A stretch of DNA of 64,000 nt from a virus (IMGVR_UViG_3300036987_000310:160001-224000); one strand, 5' to 3'; counted from the first letter of the stretch, positions 27,607-37,057 are shown. Translations and numbers: made by a program. Notes: a model not told the origin generated them from the letters alone.

Positions 27607-28784
27607 TGTCGTTCATCGCTCAAAATCTCGACCCCATGAGCCAGGCCAACTTTTAGCTTCGCTTTCCGCCCGACCCGAAAAGTTTTAAACTCTTGAAAGC
27701 TTTTCGGGTCGTACACGTGCTTCTCGTTGTTCAGGTCTGAAAACACAACCTGGTAAACCTCCTCTCGTCTTTGACGTTCTTTCTCACCCTGCCCCAGCAT
27801 GACAACAAGTTCTTGTGATTCAGGCCAGGTTGGACTTGTGTCGCGGCCGGAGTGTTTCACAGTTCTGTTGAATTCCCAGTCCCAAACTTTCCATGAATAC
27901 CAGTCTCGGTATCTAGGCTCATACCGATAGTCAGTAACAGTTTTGTATGCAGTTCTAGTGCAAGTTTTCGGAGTGCAACTTTGCCCGCCTCCAGTGCAGG
28001 TTGCCGTGCCGTTGCCATTCGAAGTGCAAGACAGTGGAATGCTGACGCATGTTTGTCCACATGGATAACTTTCCACATAGGGTTCTTGATGACTGCCGGA
28101 GACAACCTTGTCGTGGTGGTGTAGGCGCGAACCTTCATTTTTGACGTCGAATGCATTGTTGTCCGGGTTCCACCCATCTCGGCCCAAAACTTGATACCGA
28201 TCAATGTGAACCCTATACTCCCAGGATGTGTCTGTAACAGAAGCCTCCACAATTTTTGTGCGAAACACAAGCCAAACGACGATTCCAACTAGCACAAGCA
28301 CAGTTGTCGTCAACGCCACCCGTTTCCACGCGGCAGTATTTCGACGAAATGGGTTCCCAACTTCTTTCCATCGGCCGACGGGAGGTTCGCGGGTGGAAGC
28401 GGGAACTTCGTAGCTTTCTGTTGAAACGCTAGGTTCGTCAATCTGTTTAGTTTTTGAAACAGTTTCAGACCCCTCAACGATCGTGGAAATTTTTGCAGTC
28501 CATTGCCTTCGGCCAGAAACTTTGTCGCATCCGCATTCTGAACAGCATTTGTTCAAGCTAGACTGAAGCGACTGACAGTACATGCACTGCCAGTCAGGGC
28601 CTGCTTCGGCTTTTCTCTTTGCCTCGCCACGAAGAGCGTTTGTTTCGCTTATGTCTGACGGAAAATAATCTTCGCAGCCCGGATCCTTTGGGCGCCCACA
28701 GTTCACACAATGCTTTAATAGGCCACCGTTTCCCTTGTGGCCGCAAGTGCAGTCCCACAGCATCTCGATGACATACTTTTGCAT
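27603..28784 (-). CDS. RanBP2-type zinc-ribbon single-pass membrane protein
   Basis: WDCxC...CVNCG, WQCMYC...CSECG, one TM helix, Cys-rich extracytoplasmic loop. Confidence 0.75.
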   Translation of the reverse strand: MQKYVIEMLWDCTCGHKGNGGLLKHCVNCGRPKDPGCEDYFPSDISETNALRGEAKRKAEAGPDWQCMYCQSLQSSLNKCCSECGCDKVSGRRQWTAKISTIVEGSETVSKTKQIDEPSVSTESYEVPASTREPPVGRWKEVGNPFRRNTAAWKRVALTTTVLVLVGIVVWLVFRTKIVEASVTDTSWEYRVHIDRYQVLGRDGWNPDNNAFDVKNEGSRLHHHDKVVSGSHQEPYVESYPCGQTCVSIPLSCTSNGNGTATCTGGGQSCTPKTCTRTAYKTVTDYRYEPRYRDWYSWKVWDWEFNRTVKHSGRDTSPTWPESQELVVMLGQGEKERQRREEVYQVVFSDLNNEKHVYDPKSFQEFKTFRVGRKAKLKVGLAHGVEILSDERQ

Positions 28785-28841
28785 GTATCCCCTTACGCAA
28801 CGCCTTTCAACATTTACGCAAGAATACACTCGTGATTTGAA

Positions 28842-29066
28842 TCAGGACATTTTTATCAAGCTGAGCTTGGCGGCTCTTTTCACAGCCTCAATCAAATCAA
28901 GGTCGTCTGATTCTGACAAAAGCCCGGCTTTCACGTCTCTGTCATCATGATCAAATCTGGCCAAAACCATTGGAACTTCCTTTAGACACACATATAGGTC
29001 GAACAGACCGCGCTGGCCAAGGTATACGCAGTGTGTGCACGAATTCATGTATCGAGGTCTTCCCAC
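28842..29066 (-). CDS. hypothetical protein
   Basis: CTHCVYLG...DLYVC pattern. Confidence 0.55.
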   Translation of the reverse strand: MGRPRYMNSCTHCVYLGQRGLFDLYVCLKEVPMVLARFDHDDRDVKAGLLSESDDLDLIEAVKRAAKLSLIKMS

Positions 29067-29084
29067 GATATTTCAGGCCAATCA

Positions 29085-30170
29085 ATGGCTCATCGTGTAC
29101 AGTTTGTGATGGCAAAACCAGGTCTTTCAGAGCATTTGTCCTTTGACGACGTTCTCCTGACTCCTCAATATAGCGAAGTGGTCCCGGCAGACGTGGACGT
29201 CAGCACTTCGTTAGCCGGAATAAAGTTAAAAATTCCGATTTTGAGCGCCGCCATGGACACGGTGACTGAAAGCGCCATGATGACGGCCATGGCTGCAGCC
29301 GGCGGCATTGGGGTTTTGCACAAAAATTTGTCCCCGTCCCAACAAATGTTGGAAATCGAAAAAGTCAAAGAATCATGGGGTCACGTTCCGGTTTCTGACA
29401 GGTCTACGGCAATCGCCGTTGGCGTGAACGACTGGCGTGAACGGCTTCTGGCGTGCCGTGGACTCGTGGACCTTGTGGTGATCGATTCGGCACACGGCCA
29501 CTCGAAAAATGTGATGCGGGCTGTTTCAGACATAAGAGCTGAGTTTAAATATGTGAAAATTATGGCAGGAAATGTTGTTACCCCAGAAGCAGTAAGAGAC
29601 CTAGCAACTGCTGGTGCTGATATAATTAAATGTGGGATAGGACCGGGGAGTATTTGCACAACGCGCCTTGTGTCGGGATGCGGAATGCCCCAGTTTAGCG
29701 CGATCATGAGTTGCGCTGAAGAGGCTGACAAACTCTCGGTGTTTCTGGTGGCTGATGGCGGAATCCGATGCTCCGGGGACATAGTGAAAGCGCTAGCTGC
29801 CGGGGCAGATGCCGTCATGATTGGTTCGATGTTGGCTGGAACAACTGAGTCCCCGGGAGAAGTTGTTGACGGACAATGGAAAAATTATAGGGGCATGGGG
29901 TCTGTCGCCGCCATGGAACGCGGTTCAAAAGACAGGTATGGGCAATCCGGCGTCTCTAAGGACAAACTTGTTCCTGAAGGCGTGGAAGCGATGGTTCCAT
30001 ACAAAGGATCCATTGAAGGCATCCTGCACCAGCTAGTTGGCGGTTTAAAGTCAGGGATGGGGTATGTCGGAGCAGCCGATCTGTCTCAACTTCGGTCTCG
30101 TGCAAAATTTGTTCGAGTCACCACGTCAGGGATTCGAGAGAATGGCGTACACGACGTAAAAGTTGGGTGA
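29085..30170 (+). CDS. guaB: IMP dehydrogenase lacking the CBS subdomain
   Basis: FDDVLL, SAAMDTVTE, IDSAHGHS, catalytic GIGPGSICTTR, ADGGI, YRGMGS, PEGVE. Confidence 0.92.
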   Translation: MAHRVQFVMAKPGLSEHLSFDDVLLTPQYSEVVPADVDVSTSLAGIKLKIPILSAAMDTVTESAMMTAMAAAGGIGVLHKNLSPSQQMLEIEKVKESWGHVPVSDRSTAIAVGVNDWRERLLACRGLVDLVVIDSAHGHSKNVMRAVSDIRAEFKYVKIMAGNVVTPEAVRDLATAGADIIKCGIGPGSICTTRLVSGCGMPQFSAIMSCAEEADKLSVFLVADGGIRCSGDIVKALAAGADAVMIGSMLAGTTESPGEVVDGQWKNYRGMGSVAAMERGSKDRYGQSGVSKDKLVPEGVEAMVPYKGSIEGILHQLVGGLKSGMGYVGAADLSQLRSRAKFVRVTTSGIRENGVHDVKVG

Positions 30171-30181
30171 CTCTAAGTCAA

Positions 30182-30367
30182 TCATCGTCCGACAGGCGGA
30201 CGGAAATCTTTCTCTGTTTTTGGCAGAGGCGACTGTTTGCACTCTATGCAGCGCGCTTCTTCCGCTGTCAATGAAGGAGTTGTCTTAGGGGGCTCTCCAT
30301 CGTCCCTCCATCTGGGCGTCCACTTTCCACACAGCGTGCAATAAAACCCCAGCTCGTAAACCATCAC
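30182..30367 (-). CDS. CxxC zinc-ribbon protein
   Basis: CTLC...CIEC. Confidence 0.55.
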   Translation of the reverse strand: MMVYELGFYCTLCGKWTPRWRDDGEPPKTTPSLTAEEARCIECKQSPLPKTEKDFRPPVGR

Positions 30368-30543
30368 GTCTTTTTGAACGTGTCCAGCATTTTTTCACCA
30401 CTCGCGCATTTCAAGATTATGGGAAGATTTCTAGACAGCCACTTGGCGTCGGAAGCTGAAAACTCTATGGATTTTCCTTCCAAAGAGATTTTCACGCCGG
30501 TTTTGGTTCGCTCGAGCTCAATCCCGGACCCATGAGTTTTCAT
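30364..30543 (-). CDS. hypothetical protein (59 aa)
   Basis: MKTHGSGIELERTK..., TGATG-coupled. Confidence 0.45.
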   Translation of the reverse strand: MKTHGSGIELERTKTGVKISLEGKSIEFSASDAKWLSRNLPIILKCASGEKMLDTFKKT

Positions 30544-30724
30544 CGTCCACCACCTTATTCACATGATCATAGAAGCTTGGACCCCCGCGACGCGGCTTTC
30601 GCCCCTGTCGACCAAGCACCCATCCCCAAAGCTCCATTACGCACTCGCGACACGCGACGGACTTTGACGTATACTGGGCTCCAGTGCTTGCATGGGCGGG
30701 GCCTCTGCATACGCAGCATTTCAT
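30518..30724 (-). CDS. CxxC zinc-finger protein
   Basis: CCVC...CREC. Confidence 0.55.
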   Translation of the reverse strand: MKCCVCRGPAHASTGAQYTSKSVACRECVMELWGWVLGRQGRKPRRGGPSFYDHVNKVVDDENSWVRD

Positions 30725-30783
30725 TCTTCTTGAATTTCTAGGACAAGCATTTCTTCAGAAACAGACACGCTTCCCGCAGAGCT

Positions 30784-31401
30784 TTAGCATAACCGCACGA
30801 GCCTTTCCGGCTCCGGCACCCAGTCGGGAGCAAGGTCATGGTCATCTTCGTCCTCACCCACAGGCAAGGCAAAACCTACCGGAATGGCTCGCTTCAGACG
30901 GATCTCGGTATTCCAGATCCGCCCCTGGATGCCTTGCCGAAGCATCACTTCCCGCGTCTCCATGTCGATGAGGTTGCTGCCATATATGCACACGTCGGCC
31001 CAATCCGTGGCATTAAGCCATACCCGTTTGACGATGGTGTCCCAGTCCTCGACCACGGTACCGAACGCCTTGGTGAGCACGTCCGGCGTCACAATGGAAC
31101 GAGGTTCCTTGGCTGCGGCTTGTGCTCGCCGATAGGCGTCTTCCAGGGCCTCAATGACTGTGTCCCGCAGCGGCGTGCTTGGGGCGTTCTGCTCGATGAG
31201 CCTCGCCAAGGCGAGGAAGCCCTCCTGCAAAGCCTGAAGCGCCGTAACCTGGCGGTCCTCAAGGGGCCTCGGCGGCCCGAACACATGGTCAATCCTGCTC
31301 ATGGTTCTTTCCTCGTGCCATTGGCTTAGTCGGATTTGATTTGCTTCAAGATACGCTCGACGGTGGGGCGCGTTGACTGTTTCTATATCGAGAACGGTCA
31401 C
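30784..31401 (-). CDS. probable fusion: Acb2/Tad1-like helical hairpin + major-capsid-protein-like fragment
   Basis: F.P.P...Q...L...F..LA.LI....P....R...I..LE.A then VKRVWLNATDWAD...G..ID.E.....L..G.QG.IW...I...R.IPVG; both recognised from memory; alternative ATG at 31302. Confidence 0.55.
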   Translation of the reverse strand: MTVLDIETVNAPHRRAYLEANQIRLSQWHEERTMSRIDHVFGPPRPLEDRQVTALQALQEGFLALARLIEQNAPSTPLRDTVIEALEDAYRRAQAAAKEPRSIVTPDVLTKAFGTVVEDWDTIVKRVWLNATDWADVCIYGSNLIDMETREVMLRQGIQGRIWNTEIRLKRAIPVGFALPVGEDEDDHDLAPDWVPEPERLVRLC

Positions 31402-31862
31402 GCTGAGGCGGTCAGGTCCGCGTTTTTCCTAGCTCTCGCCACAAGCTTTCCAGCGCAAGCCGTGGCAGCAGCATGAATCCTTGGCGGCGGCAAAGACTTA
31501 TCGCCGCGCTTCGTTTCGATGATATGGTAAACGATCGTTCCTTCGATCCCAAGAGCGTGACGAAGTTCGACAATTGAAGAAAGACATGGATTCTTTGAGT
31601 TCAGACGACCGCATGCTTTGTTGTGGGCATGCACCCGATCAAACTCGTCAGGAGGATTGTGTGTGGCTGTCGAATACCTGACATACTTGCCTTCCAGACG
31701 CCAAGCGATCAGCGTGACCGGATGGTTGTCCGAGTTTCTCAGCCAAAATCTTCCAGAGGTTTCCGAGTTGTTCATTGTTGGGTTCTCCATTGTTTCAAAA
31801 ATAGATTTTACACACGAACCCCCGAGATTTCCGGAGACGATTTTTAACAACATGATTGGCAT
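31398..31862 (-). CDS. hypothetical phage protein
   Basis: HNPPDEFDR...KACGRL; start uncertain. Confidence 0.6.
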   Translation of the reverse strand: MPIMLLKIVSGNLGGSCVKSIFETMENPTMNNSETSGRFWLRNSDNHPVTLIAWRLEGKYVRYSTATHNPPDEFDRVHAHNKACGRLNSKNPCLSSIVELRHALGIEGTIVYHIIETKRGDKSLPPPRIHAAATACAGKLVARARKNADLTASA

Positions 31863-32022
31863 AAATTGTGCAGGAAGCTTCAGAAAGTTTTAGAAAAGCT
31901 TCAGTACAGCTTTTCTTACAGTTCGATTGAAATTTTGAAAAAGCTTTAACACATAGCGCACAGCGCCATGCAACAATTTCCTCCCGGAAAGCATAATAAT
32001 TGATTCAAGCGTAATGTGCTAA

Positions 32023-32670
32023 ATGGAGCAAGACCCGAAATTGTGGAAGATTCCAGCAAAAAGCAAAATCACCGTCTTGTCTGCTGATGACGGTTCTGAG
32101 GATGAATATAGCGTGTTCACCCCAGTCAAGTCTGACATAGCGTCAGGAATCAGATTCTCCGTGACAGAAAAAATCGGGATGGCGGTGATAAACCCTAGTG
32201 TCGCCAAAATGATGCAGCGCGAGTCGATGAATGTTTGTGCAACGCTCGGCAAATCGGGATGGAGTCTAAAAGCCAACATCCACGAAACCGGGCGTTCTCC
32301 AGCCTACGCATCCATATCTCTTGAAACGGGCGACTTCAGCACTCACGTCATGAATGTTACGTCAAGCCTGAACTTGCCGATTCTGAATTCACTGCCGATT
32401 CTAAATTTGCCAATTCTTGAAAAGCGCGTTGACTCTGAGACAAGCGGCATGTTTCAACTCGTGGAAGCCAGCAACGTCGACAGTGTTAAGGTTTTTGCTC
32501 TGCTCGTGATGGAAAAAGCTGAAAACGCCTGCAGCCCCGCTTGTGGAAACATGCTTCCGTCGCAAAGATCAAAAATTAAACATCTTCCCCCTCTGGAGTG
32601 GGAAGGATGGTCTTTATTCTTGAACGATGTGTCAAGAGCGATCGAGGTGTTTGACGTGATGATTCGGTAA
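32023..32670 (+). CDS. hypothetical protein, tag family
   Basis: Ends RAIEVFDVMIR*. Confidence 0.65.
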   Translation: MEQDPKLWKIPAKSKITVLSADDGSEDEYSVFTPVKSDIASGIRFSVTEKIGMAVINPSVAKMMQRESMNVCATLGKSGWSLKANIHETGRSPAYASISLETGDFSTHVMNVTSSLNLPILNSLPILNLPILEKRVDSETSGMFQLVEASNVDSVKVFALLVMEKAENACSPACGNMLPSQRSKIKHLPPLEWEGWSLFLNDVSRAIEVFDVMIR

Positions 32671-32678
32671 GCGTCGGC

Positions 32679-33179
32679 TTAACTGAGCTGGACAGCCTTG
32701 ACTTTGTTCAGCCTATCTCGGTTTTTCTGAATGGTCTTTGACACTTCGTCGCCGTTTTTTCTCCACCACTCCGACGATTTCAGCTTCTGGCTGAGAGTCC
32801 TTACCATGAGCGGCCGGAAGTCTTCCAATCTGAATATGTTCTCCATCACTTTGGAGAAGTGGTTTGAAAAGTGTTCCATGGCTTTTCCGGAAAGATTTTC
32901 GTCTTTTCCCCCGAAAAGCTCTTCAAATTTTCCAGATCCGGCAAAATCCTTGAACTTTTCCATCAAGTCCGTTTGTTTAAGAATCTCGTCGCCCAACTGG
33001 TGGTCATGAAGAGTTGTGTAGCTGTCGGCAAAGTTCATCTCTTGGGCGTATTCGTCCATGTCGACGAGATGCATAAACTCCTCCAGCATTTTTCTGGCGA
33101 TGTCTGTTGCCATGCTGATTGCGTCCAATCGCGTCTGAATTTGAGAAACGAGCATGCTACGGTATTTCTCACGTCTCAT
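32679..33179 (-). CDS. hypothetical helical protein, tag family
   Basis: Ends LNKVKAVQLS*; GTGCATAAT just upstream. Confidence 0.7.
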   Translation of the reverse strand: MRREKYRSMLVSQIQTRLDAISMATDIARKMLEEFMHLVDMDEYAQEMNFADSYTTLHDHQLGDEILKQTDLMEKFKDFAGSGKFEELFGGKDENLSGKAMEHFSNHFSKVMENIFRLEDFRPLMVRTLSQKLKSSEWWRKNGDEVSKTIQKNRDRLNKVKAVQLS

Positions 33180-33284
33180 TGAGCCTCAATTATGCACACG
33201 CAAGCTTGATCCACCACAAAAGGGATGGTTCCCTCGGGGCATGGTTTACCCCCGCACATTGAGTGCTGTCGACACCCGGAGAAA

Positions 33285-33749
33285 CTAAGAACAAGAACGA
33301 TTGCCCCCAGAGTCATTGCCTTCATGCTCTATTGTTACAACGAACTCGCGCGATCCGCCAGGAAGACGCTTGTCGTGAAATTCGATCCTCCCGTTGTCGA
33401 TGGAAATGTTGTCGTTTTGCAATGAAGCGTCAATGCCCAAGAGTTCCAAACACCGAATCAATGCATGGTCCGGATGGACTCCAGAGCGGTGGCCGTCTGT
33501 GCACCACATGAACTGTTGCGTCTCTGGGTAGACGTCCAAAAATTGAAGAAGCGAATCGTTCACCTTCAGGCAGACGCCGACACCCACGCGAGGAAAACCA
33601 ACTTTCCATGTCAAGCCGTACGGAATCAACATGAACTGGACGCAGGTTTTAGTCCAGTCGTCGAGCGACTCTAGCGGAGCCTCTTCAAAACGAATTTGAC
33701 CAAGCTGGACCAAGCGCTCAAACTCTTCGGAAATTTCAAGAATGTTCAT
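33285..33749 (-). CDS. hypothetical protein
   Basis: 154-aa ORF. Confidence 0.6.
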   Translation of the reverse strand: MNILEISEEFERLVQLGQIRFEEAPLESLDDWTKTCVQFMLIPYGLTWKVGFPRVGVGVCLKVNDSLLQFLDVYPETQQFMWCTDGHRSGVHPDHALIRCLELLGIDASLQNDNISIDNGRIEFHDKRLPGGSREFVVTIEHEGNDSGGNRSCS

Positions 33750-33750
33750 G

Positions 33751-34122
33751 TTAGCTCTCCATCACGTTTCGAATGTCTCTGGCGTTGATTTCAAAAGCGC
33801 CTTGGTGCGCCGTAGATTTCACGTATTTGAAGCGTGAAACAAGTGAGCCAGATTCAAACGGGTCTTCGCTCTCTTCTAGCTTCCCCATCCTTTGGCACGC
33901 CCACACCAAAGAAGCAAGGAAGCATCCAACAACGCAAACTGTCGTCGCTTCAGACGGCAGCATGGACGGCAAGTCATCACTGGAAAAGAACGTGCTGTCT
34001 CTGTCAGCGACAATGATCGCCAACCTTATGTAAGGAACATTCATCAAGAGTTTTTTGGCATTGACCATTTTTCCGTCCGTGATCTCATTAGTTGGAATAT
34101 TCAAAAACTTTTGCATGGTCAT
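33751..34122 (-). CDS. hypothetical protein, tag family
   Basis: Ends INARDIRNVMES*. Confidence 0.65.
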   Translation of the reverse strand: MTMQKFLNIPTNEITDGKMVNAKKLLMNVPYIRLAIIVADRDSTFFSSDDLPSMLPSEATTVCVVGCFLASLVWACQRMGKLEESEDPFESGSLVSRFKYVKSTAHQGAFEINARDIRNVMES

Positions 34123-34343
34123 TTGCGGCCTTTCTTCGGGGTCGGAACGTAAAGCCAGTGCAATGGGCCGGAGATTCGAAGCCACATGCCTTTGAGGTTT
34201 CCGTAGACGTCCGACCCGCCCCGACGCATCCACCCGAAACGCCACACAGATTTCATGTCGTCTTTTTTGTCCATCATGACACGCTACGCCAACAACCGGA
34301 AAATTTCCGCGGAAGTTTGAAAAACCACAAAGTAACGTGCGCC

Positions 34344-34547
34344 ATGACCGACCACAAATGGGTCAGAGCCCAGGACAAATGGGCCGCCGAGGACCGAGTG
34401 GAGCTCTGGTGGATTTGCAAAAATTGCAAAGCAAAGGTTTTCGCCAGTTGGAAACCAGATCGAAGATTTCTGAAAACCCGTGGCGGTTTTGCCAAAGTTG
34501 GTAGAAACTGTGAAGAAGAACTAGCGCGAAGAGTTATGGACAGCTAA
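34344..34547 (+). CDS. HxW-CxxC Zn-finger-like protein, tag family
   Basis: MTDHKW...CKNC...NCEEELARRVMDS*. Confidence 0.7.
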   Translation: MTDHKWVRAQDKWAAEDRVELWWICKNCKAKVFASWKPDRRFLKTRGGFAKVGRNCEEELARRVMDS

Positions 34548-34771
34548 GACTCGTGAACCAGAAACAACATCGCTTCCTCTTCAGATATTTCTTTGGAAAA
34601 TAAGAACCCAATTTCTTCCAACCCGTCATGACACAGCTTACAATAGCATATTACATCATGCGATAGATGATAGCCAGCATCGTTTTCCGATATCGTTTGA
34701 ACAAGCCTAAACCGGGAGGCTTTCAGGCCGCAGCCGCGACTGTGGCAAACGACTTCTTCGCGATCGTTCAA
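34544..34771 (-). CDS. treble-clef-like Zn-finger protein, tag family
   Basis: CHSRGC..KASRF...YCKLC...EISEEEAMLFLVHES*. Confidence 0.7.
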   Translation of the reverse strand: MNDREEVVCHSRGCGLKASRFRLVQTISENDAGYHLSHDVICYCKLCHDGLEEIGFLFSKEISEEEAMLFLVHES

Positions 34772-34782
34772 AGCAAGGTGAC

Positions 34783-35526
34783 CTAAGTACGAGTCTTGCT
34801 GCGGGTTTTCATCGTTTCGCGAAGCCTGCTTATGGCTTGGAACTCCACTTGACGAATGCGCTCTCGAGACAGTCCAAACTCTTTCCCAATTTCGTCAAGC
34901 GTGTCTTCATCCCAGAATCTCAGCTTCAAAACTATCTGATCAAAATCAGGAAGCTCAAAAAAAGCTTTTTCCAGCTCTTCCACCTCCAACCCGAGAAGCG
35001 GGTCCTCCGGATTCGGGTCTTCCAGCACCTGAACGAAATCTTCAGAATCTGGGTCATGGTTTTTCTTGACCGGAGAGTCCAGGCTTTTCACGCAGAAAGC
35101 GCACTCTCGCAAATGGACGTCAAGCCGATCCATCCCCAGCTTTTCAGCAATGTTGGCTTGTGTCCATCCTTTATCACGAAGTCTCAAAACCTTTTGAAAC
35201 CTGTGGCTGGTTCTTCCGACTCCGCCGAAAGCTCTTTGCCAAACGCCTTCCCTGATGGAATTTCCCCACATGTGTCTCCAAACATGCCCAGAAAACGATC
35301 CCTTCTCCGGGTCCCAACTTCGAACTGCCGACATAACAGATATCATCGACACTTGTTCAATATCTTCTGGGGCGGCAACCTTGTGCCACTTGCGGGCAAA
35401 CATTCTAGCCATCGGGCGGAACTTTTCTACACATTTTTCCATGGCGTCGCGATCGCCGTTTTTGGCACGCAGAGCCATGTCTAAAACAGCTTCCGAATCT
35501 GACTGGTTATGAGTCAAGTTTGCCAA
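34783..35526 (-). CDS. sigma-70-family RNA polymerase sigma factor (group 3-like)
   Basis: Region 2 (EDIEQVSMISV...WDPEKGSFS..VW) and region 4 HTH (TLDEIGKEFGLSRERIRQVE). Confidence 0.9.
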   Translation of the reverse strand: MANLTHNQSDSEAVLDMALRAKNGDRDAMEKCVEKFRPMARMFARKWHKVAAPEDIEQVSMISVMSAVRSWDPEKGSFSGHVWRHMWGNSIREGVWQRAFGGVGRTSHRFQKVLRLRDKGWTQANIAEKLGMDRLDVHLRECAFCVKSLDSPVKKNHDPDSEDFVQVLEDPNPEDPLLGLEVEELEKAFFELPDFDQIVLKLRFWDEDTLDEIGKEFGLSRERIRQVEFQAISRLRETMKTRSKTRT

Positions 35527-35538
35527 GGATGAAGACTT

Positions 35539-36060
35539 TCAGTGATGTTCGATGGCGTCGGCGATCGTGCGGAGCTCCGTTGCAAGCTTGTCCGGCGGGA
35601 GCCCCCGCCCGGTCATGGCAGCACCGCGTCGGTTCAGCATGTAGGCATTCTCTCGATGAAGCCGAGCCGTCTGCGTCGTGTGTGCAAGCACCATCGATAA
35701 CGTGTCGGCACACACGACGCATTTGTCAGAAAAATGCCAATGTGGCCGGCATTCTCCGCAGTACAAACAATGGCGCATGTTTTCAGTCCGAATCCAAACA
35801 GCAATGTCTGACATTCTCCATCCCGAGCGCTTGCAAACTCTGCACCTAACCTTGACGCCATTTCCTTCCCATTTGCACGGACCAAGTCCGAACAACTTGT
35901 GCAACAAGCGCTTAAAAAGCGACGGCTGCAAAGGTGAAAGAACGGCTCCTCGCGGATCATCCCTATATCCGTCGCCACAAATCTTCCTGACGGGCGAATC
36001 CAAGACGACAAACGACTTTAGATCAACATCTGGGTCTACAGCATAATCAGTCCAGTCCAT
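35539..36060 (-). CDS. Cys-rich hypothetical protein whose last 20 codons are copied from 22746-23864
   Basis: CRVC, CLYC, CVVC; ends GLPPDKLATELRTIADAIEHH. Confidence 0.6.
   Translation of the reverse strand: MDWTDYAVDPDVDLKSFVVLDSPVRKICGDGYRDDPRGAVLSPLQPSLFKRLLHKLFGLGPCKWEGNGVKVRCRVCKRSGWRMSDIAVWIRTENMRHCLYCGECRPHWHFSDKCVVCADTLSMVLAHTTQTARLHRENAYMLNRRGAAMTGRGLPPDKLATELRTIADAIEHH
35552..35606 (-). repeat. 55-bp exact repeat, copy 2
   Basis: Reverse complement identical to 22948-23002. Confidence 0.9.
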
Positions 36061-36107
36061 ACTCTTAACCTACGTTCGCGGAAGCACACTCGTCCTGTGC
36101 AACACAG

Positions 36108-36569
36108 TCACCCACGGCTTTTCTTCAGCTCTTCTCTAACAGCTTTTTCAACAAAAGCGCGCCGCGTGACTCCGAGCTTTAAAGACATGGCTTCCACTAA
36201 GTTGAATAGTTTTTCATCTATGCTAACATTCAAATCCACCAAGGATGGTTTAACAGTTTCAGGAAATTTGGGCGACATTATCATTTCTCGTTTTTCGGCC
36301 TCGTCTGATATGACTTTTGCCTTATCTACCAATCGGAGAAGCTCTTTCCAGTTAGAACTAGCACCCCTGTCGTAGTTGAACATGACGCTGTCAGCCCAAG
36401 ACCTCAAACTATGGTTGAACGCATCTTCGAGCCGCTGCATCGCACGCCTGTGGCGCGCCGCTTTGCAAAAATCGCAAACTACCGAAACGGCTTGTTCAGC
36501 AACTTCCTTTCGAACTCTAACGTTCATGCTTGGGTCTAATTCTCTCACATACGACATATAAACTCCCAA
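36108..36569 (-). CDS. protein with C-terminal ribbon-helix-helix (CopG-like) domain
   Basis: LNVSIDEKLFNLVEAMSLKLGVTRRAFVEKAVREEL. Confidence 0.65.
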   Translation of the reverse strand: MGVYMSYVRELDPSMNVRVRKEVAEQAVSVVCDFCKAARHRRAMQRLEDAFNHSLRSWADSVMFNYDRGASSNWKELLRLVDKAKVISDEAEKREMIMSPKFPETVKPSLVDLNVSIDEKLFNLVEAMSLKLGVTRRAFVEKAVREELKKSRG

Positions 36570-36578
36570 AGCACTCAG

Positions 36579-36815
36579 TTATGGCAACTGAACCAACATG
36601 ACAATGAACAAAGCTTTGGCTTCTTCAGTTTCGATTTCCCGAAGCGGCTTTCTACAGTTTAGGCGAAACAACCGATCGCACTGAGAACAAGATCCTATGA
36701 GCTTCTTCCCATAAACTACGTCGTCAGCGTTCTCCGGAAGATACCAATGCGCAATTCTTATTTCACATCCTTCTCCTCCCCACACACATTCAAAATCAGG
36801 CTTTTCCATTGTCAA
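36579..36815 (-). CDS. treble-clef-like Zn-finger protein, tag family
   Basis: CVWGGEGC..RIAHW...SCSQC...EIETEEAKALFIVMLVQLP*. Confidence 0.65.
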   Translation of the reverse strand: MTMEKPDFECVWGGEGCEIRIAHWYLPENADDVVYGKKLIGSCSQCDRLFRLNCRKPLREIETEEAKALFIVMLVQLP

Positions 36816-37057
36816 GGACGTATCCTTTCTGGCCCCTGGTAGCCGCCGGGGTAGGGCGACCAGTATTGGATACGTTTGACTGAAAACCCGAGCTGTCGTA
36901 GCCCCAAGACGCCTTCGTTCGCGATGACCCCCACAAGGTTAATCTCCAAGCCCGCGTCGTCGGACACGTCGAACATCTCCAGGGCCTTCTCTCGATCTAG
37001 CGTGACTTCGAAGACCTGTCTGACGTGCTTGCAACTGAAGTCTACCTGTAGTTTCAC
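36812..37057 (-). CDS. hypothetical protein
   Basis: Coupled ORF. Confidence 0.55.
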   Translation of the reverse strand: MKLQVDFSCKHVRQVFEVTLDREKALEMFDVSDDAGLEINLVGVIANEGVLGLRQLGFSVKRIQYWSPYPGGYQGPERIRP

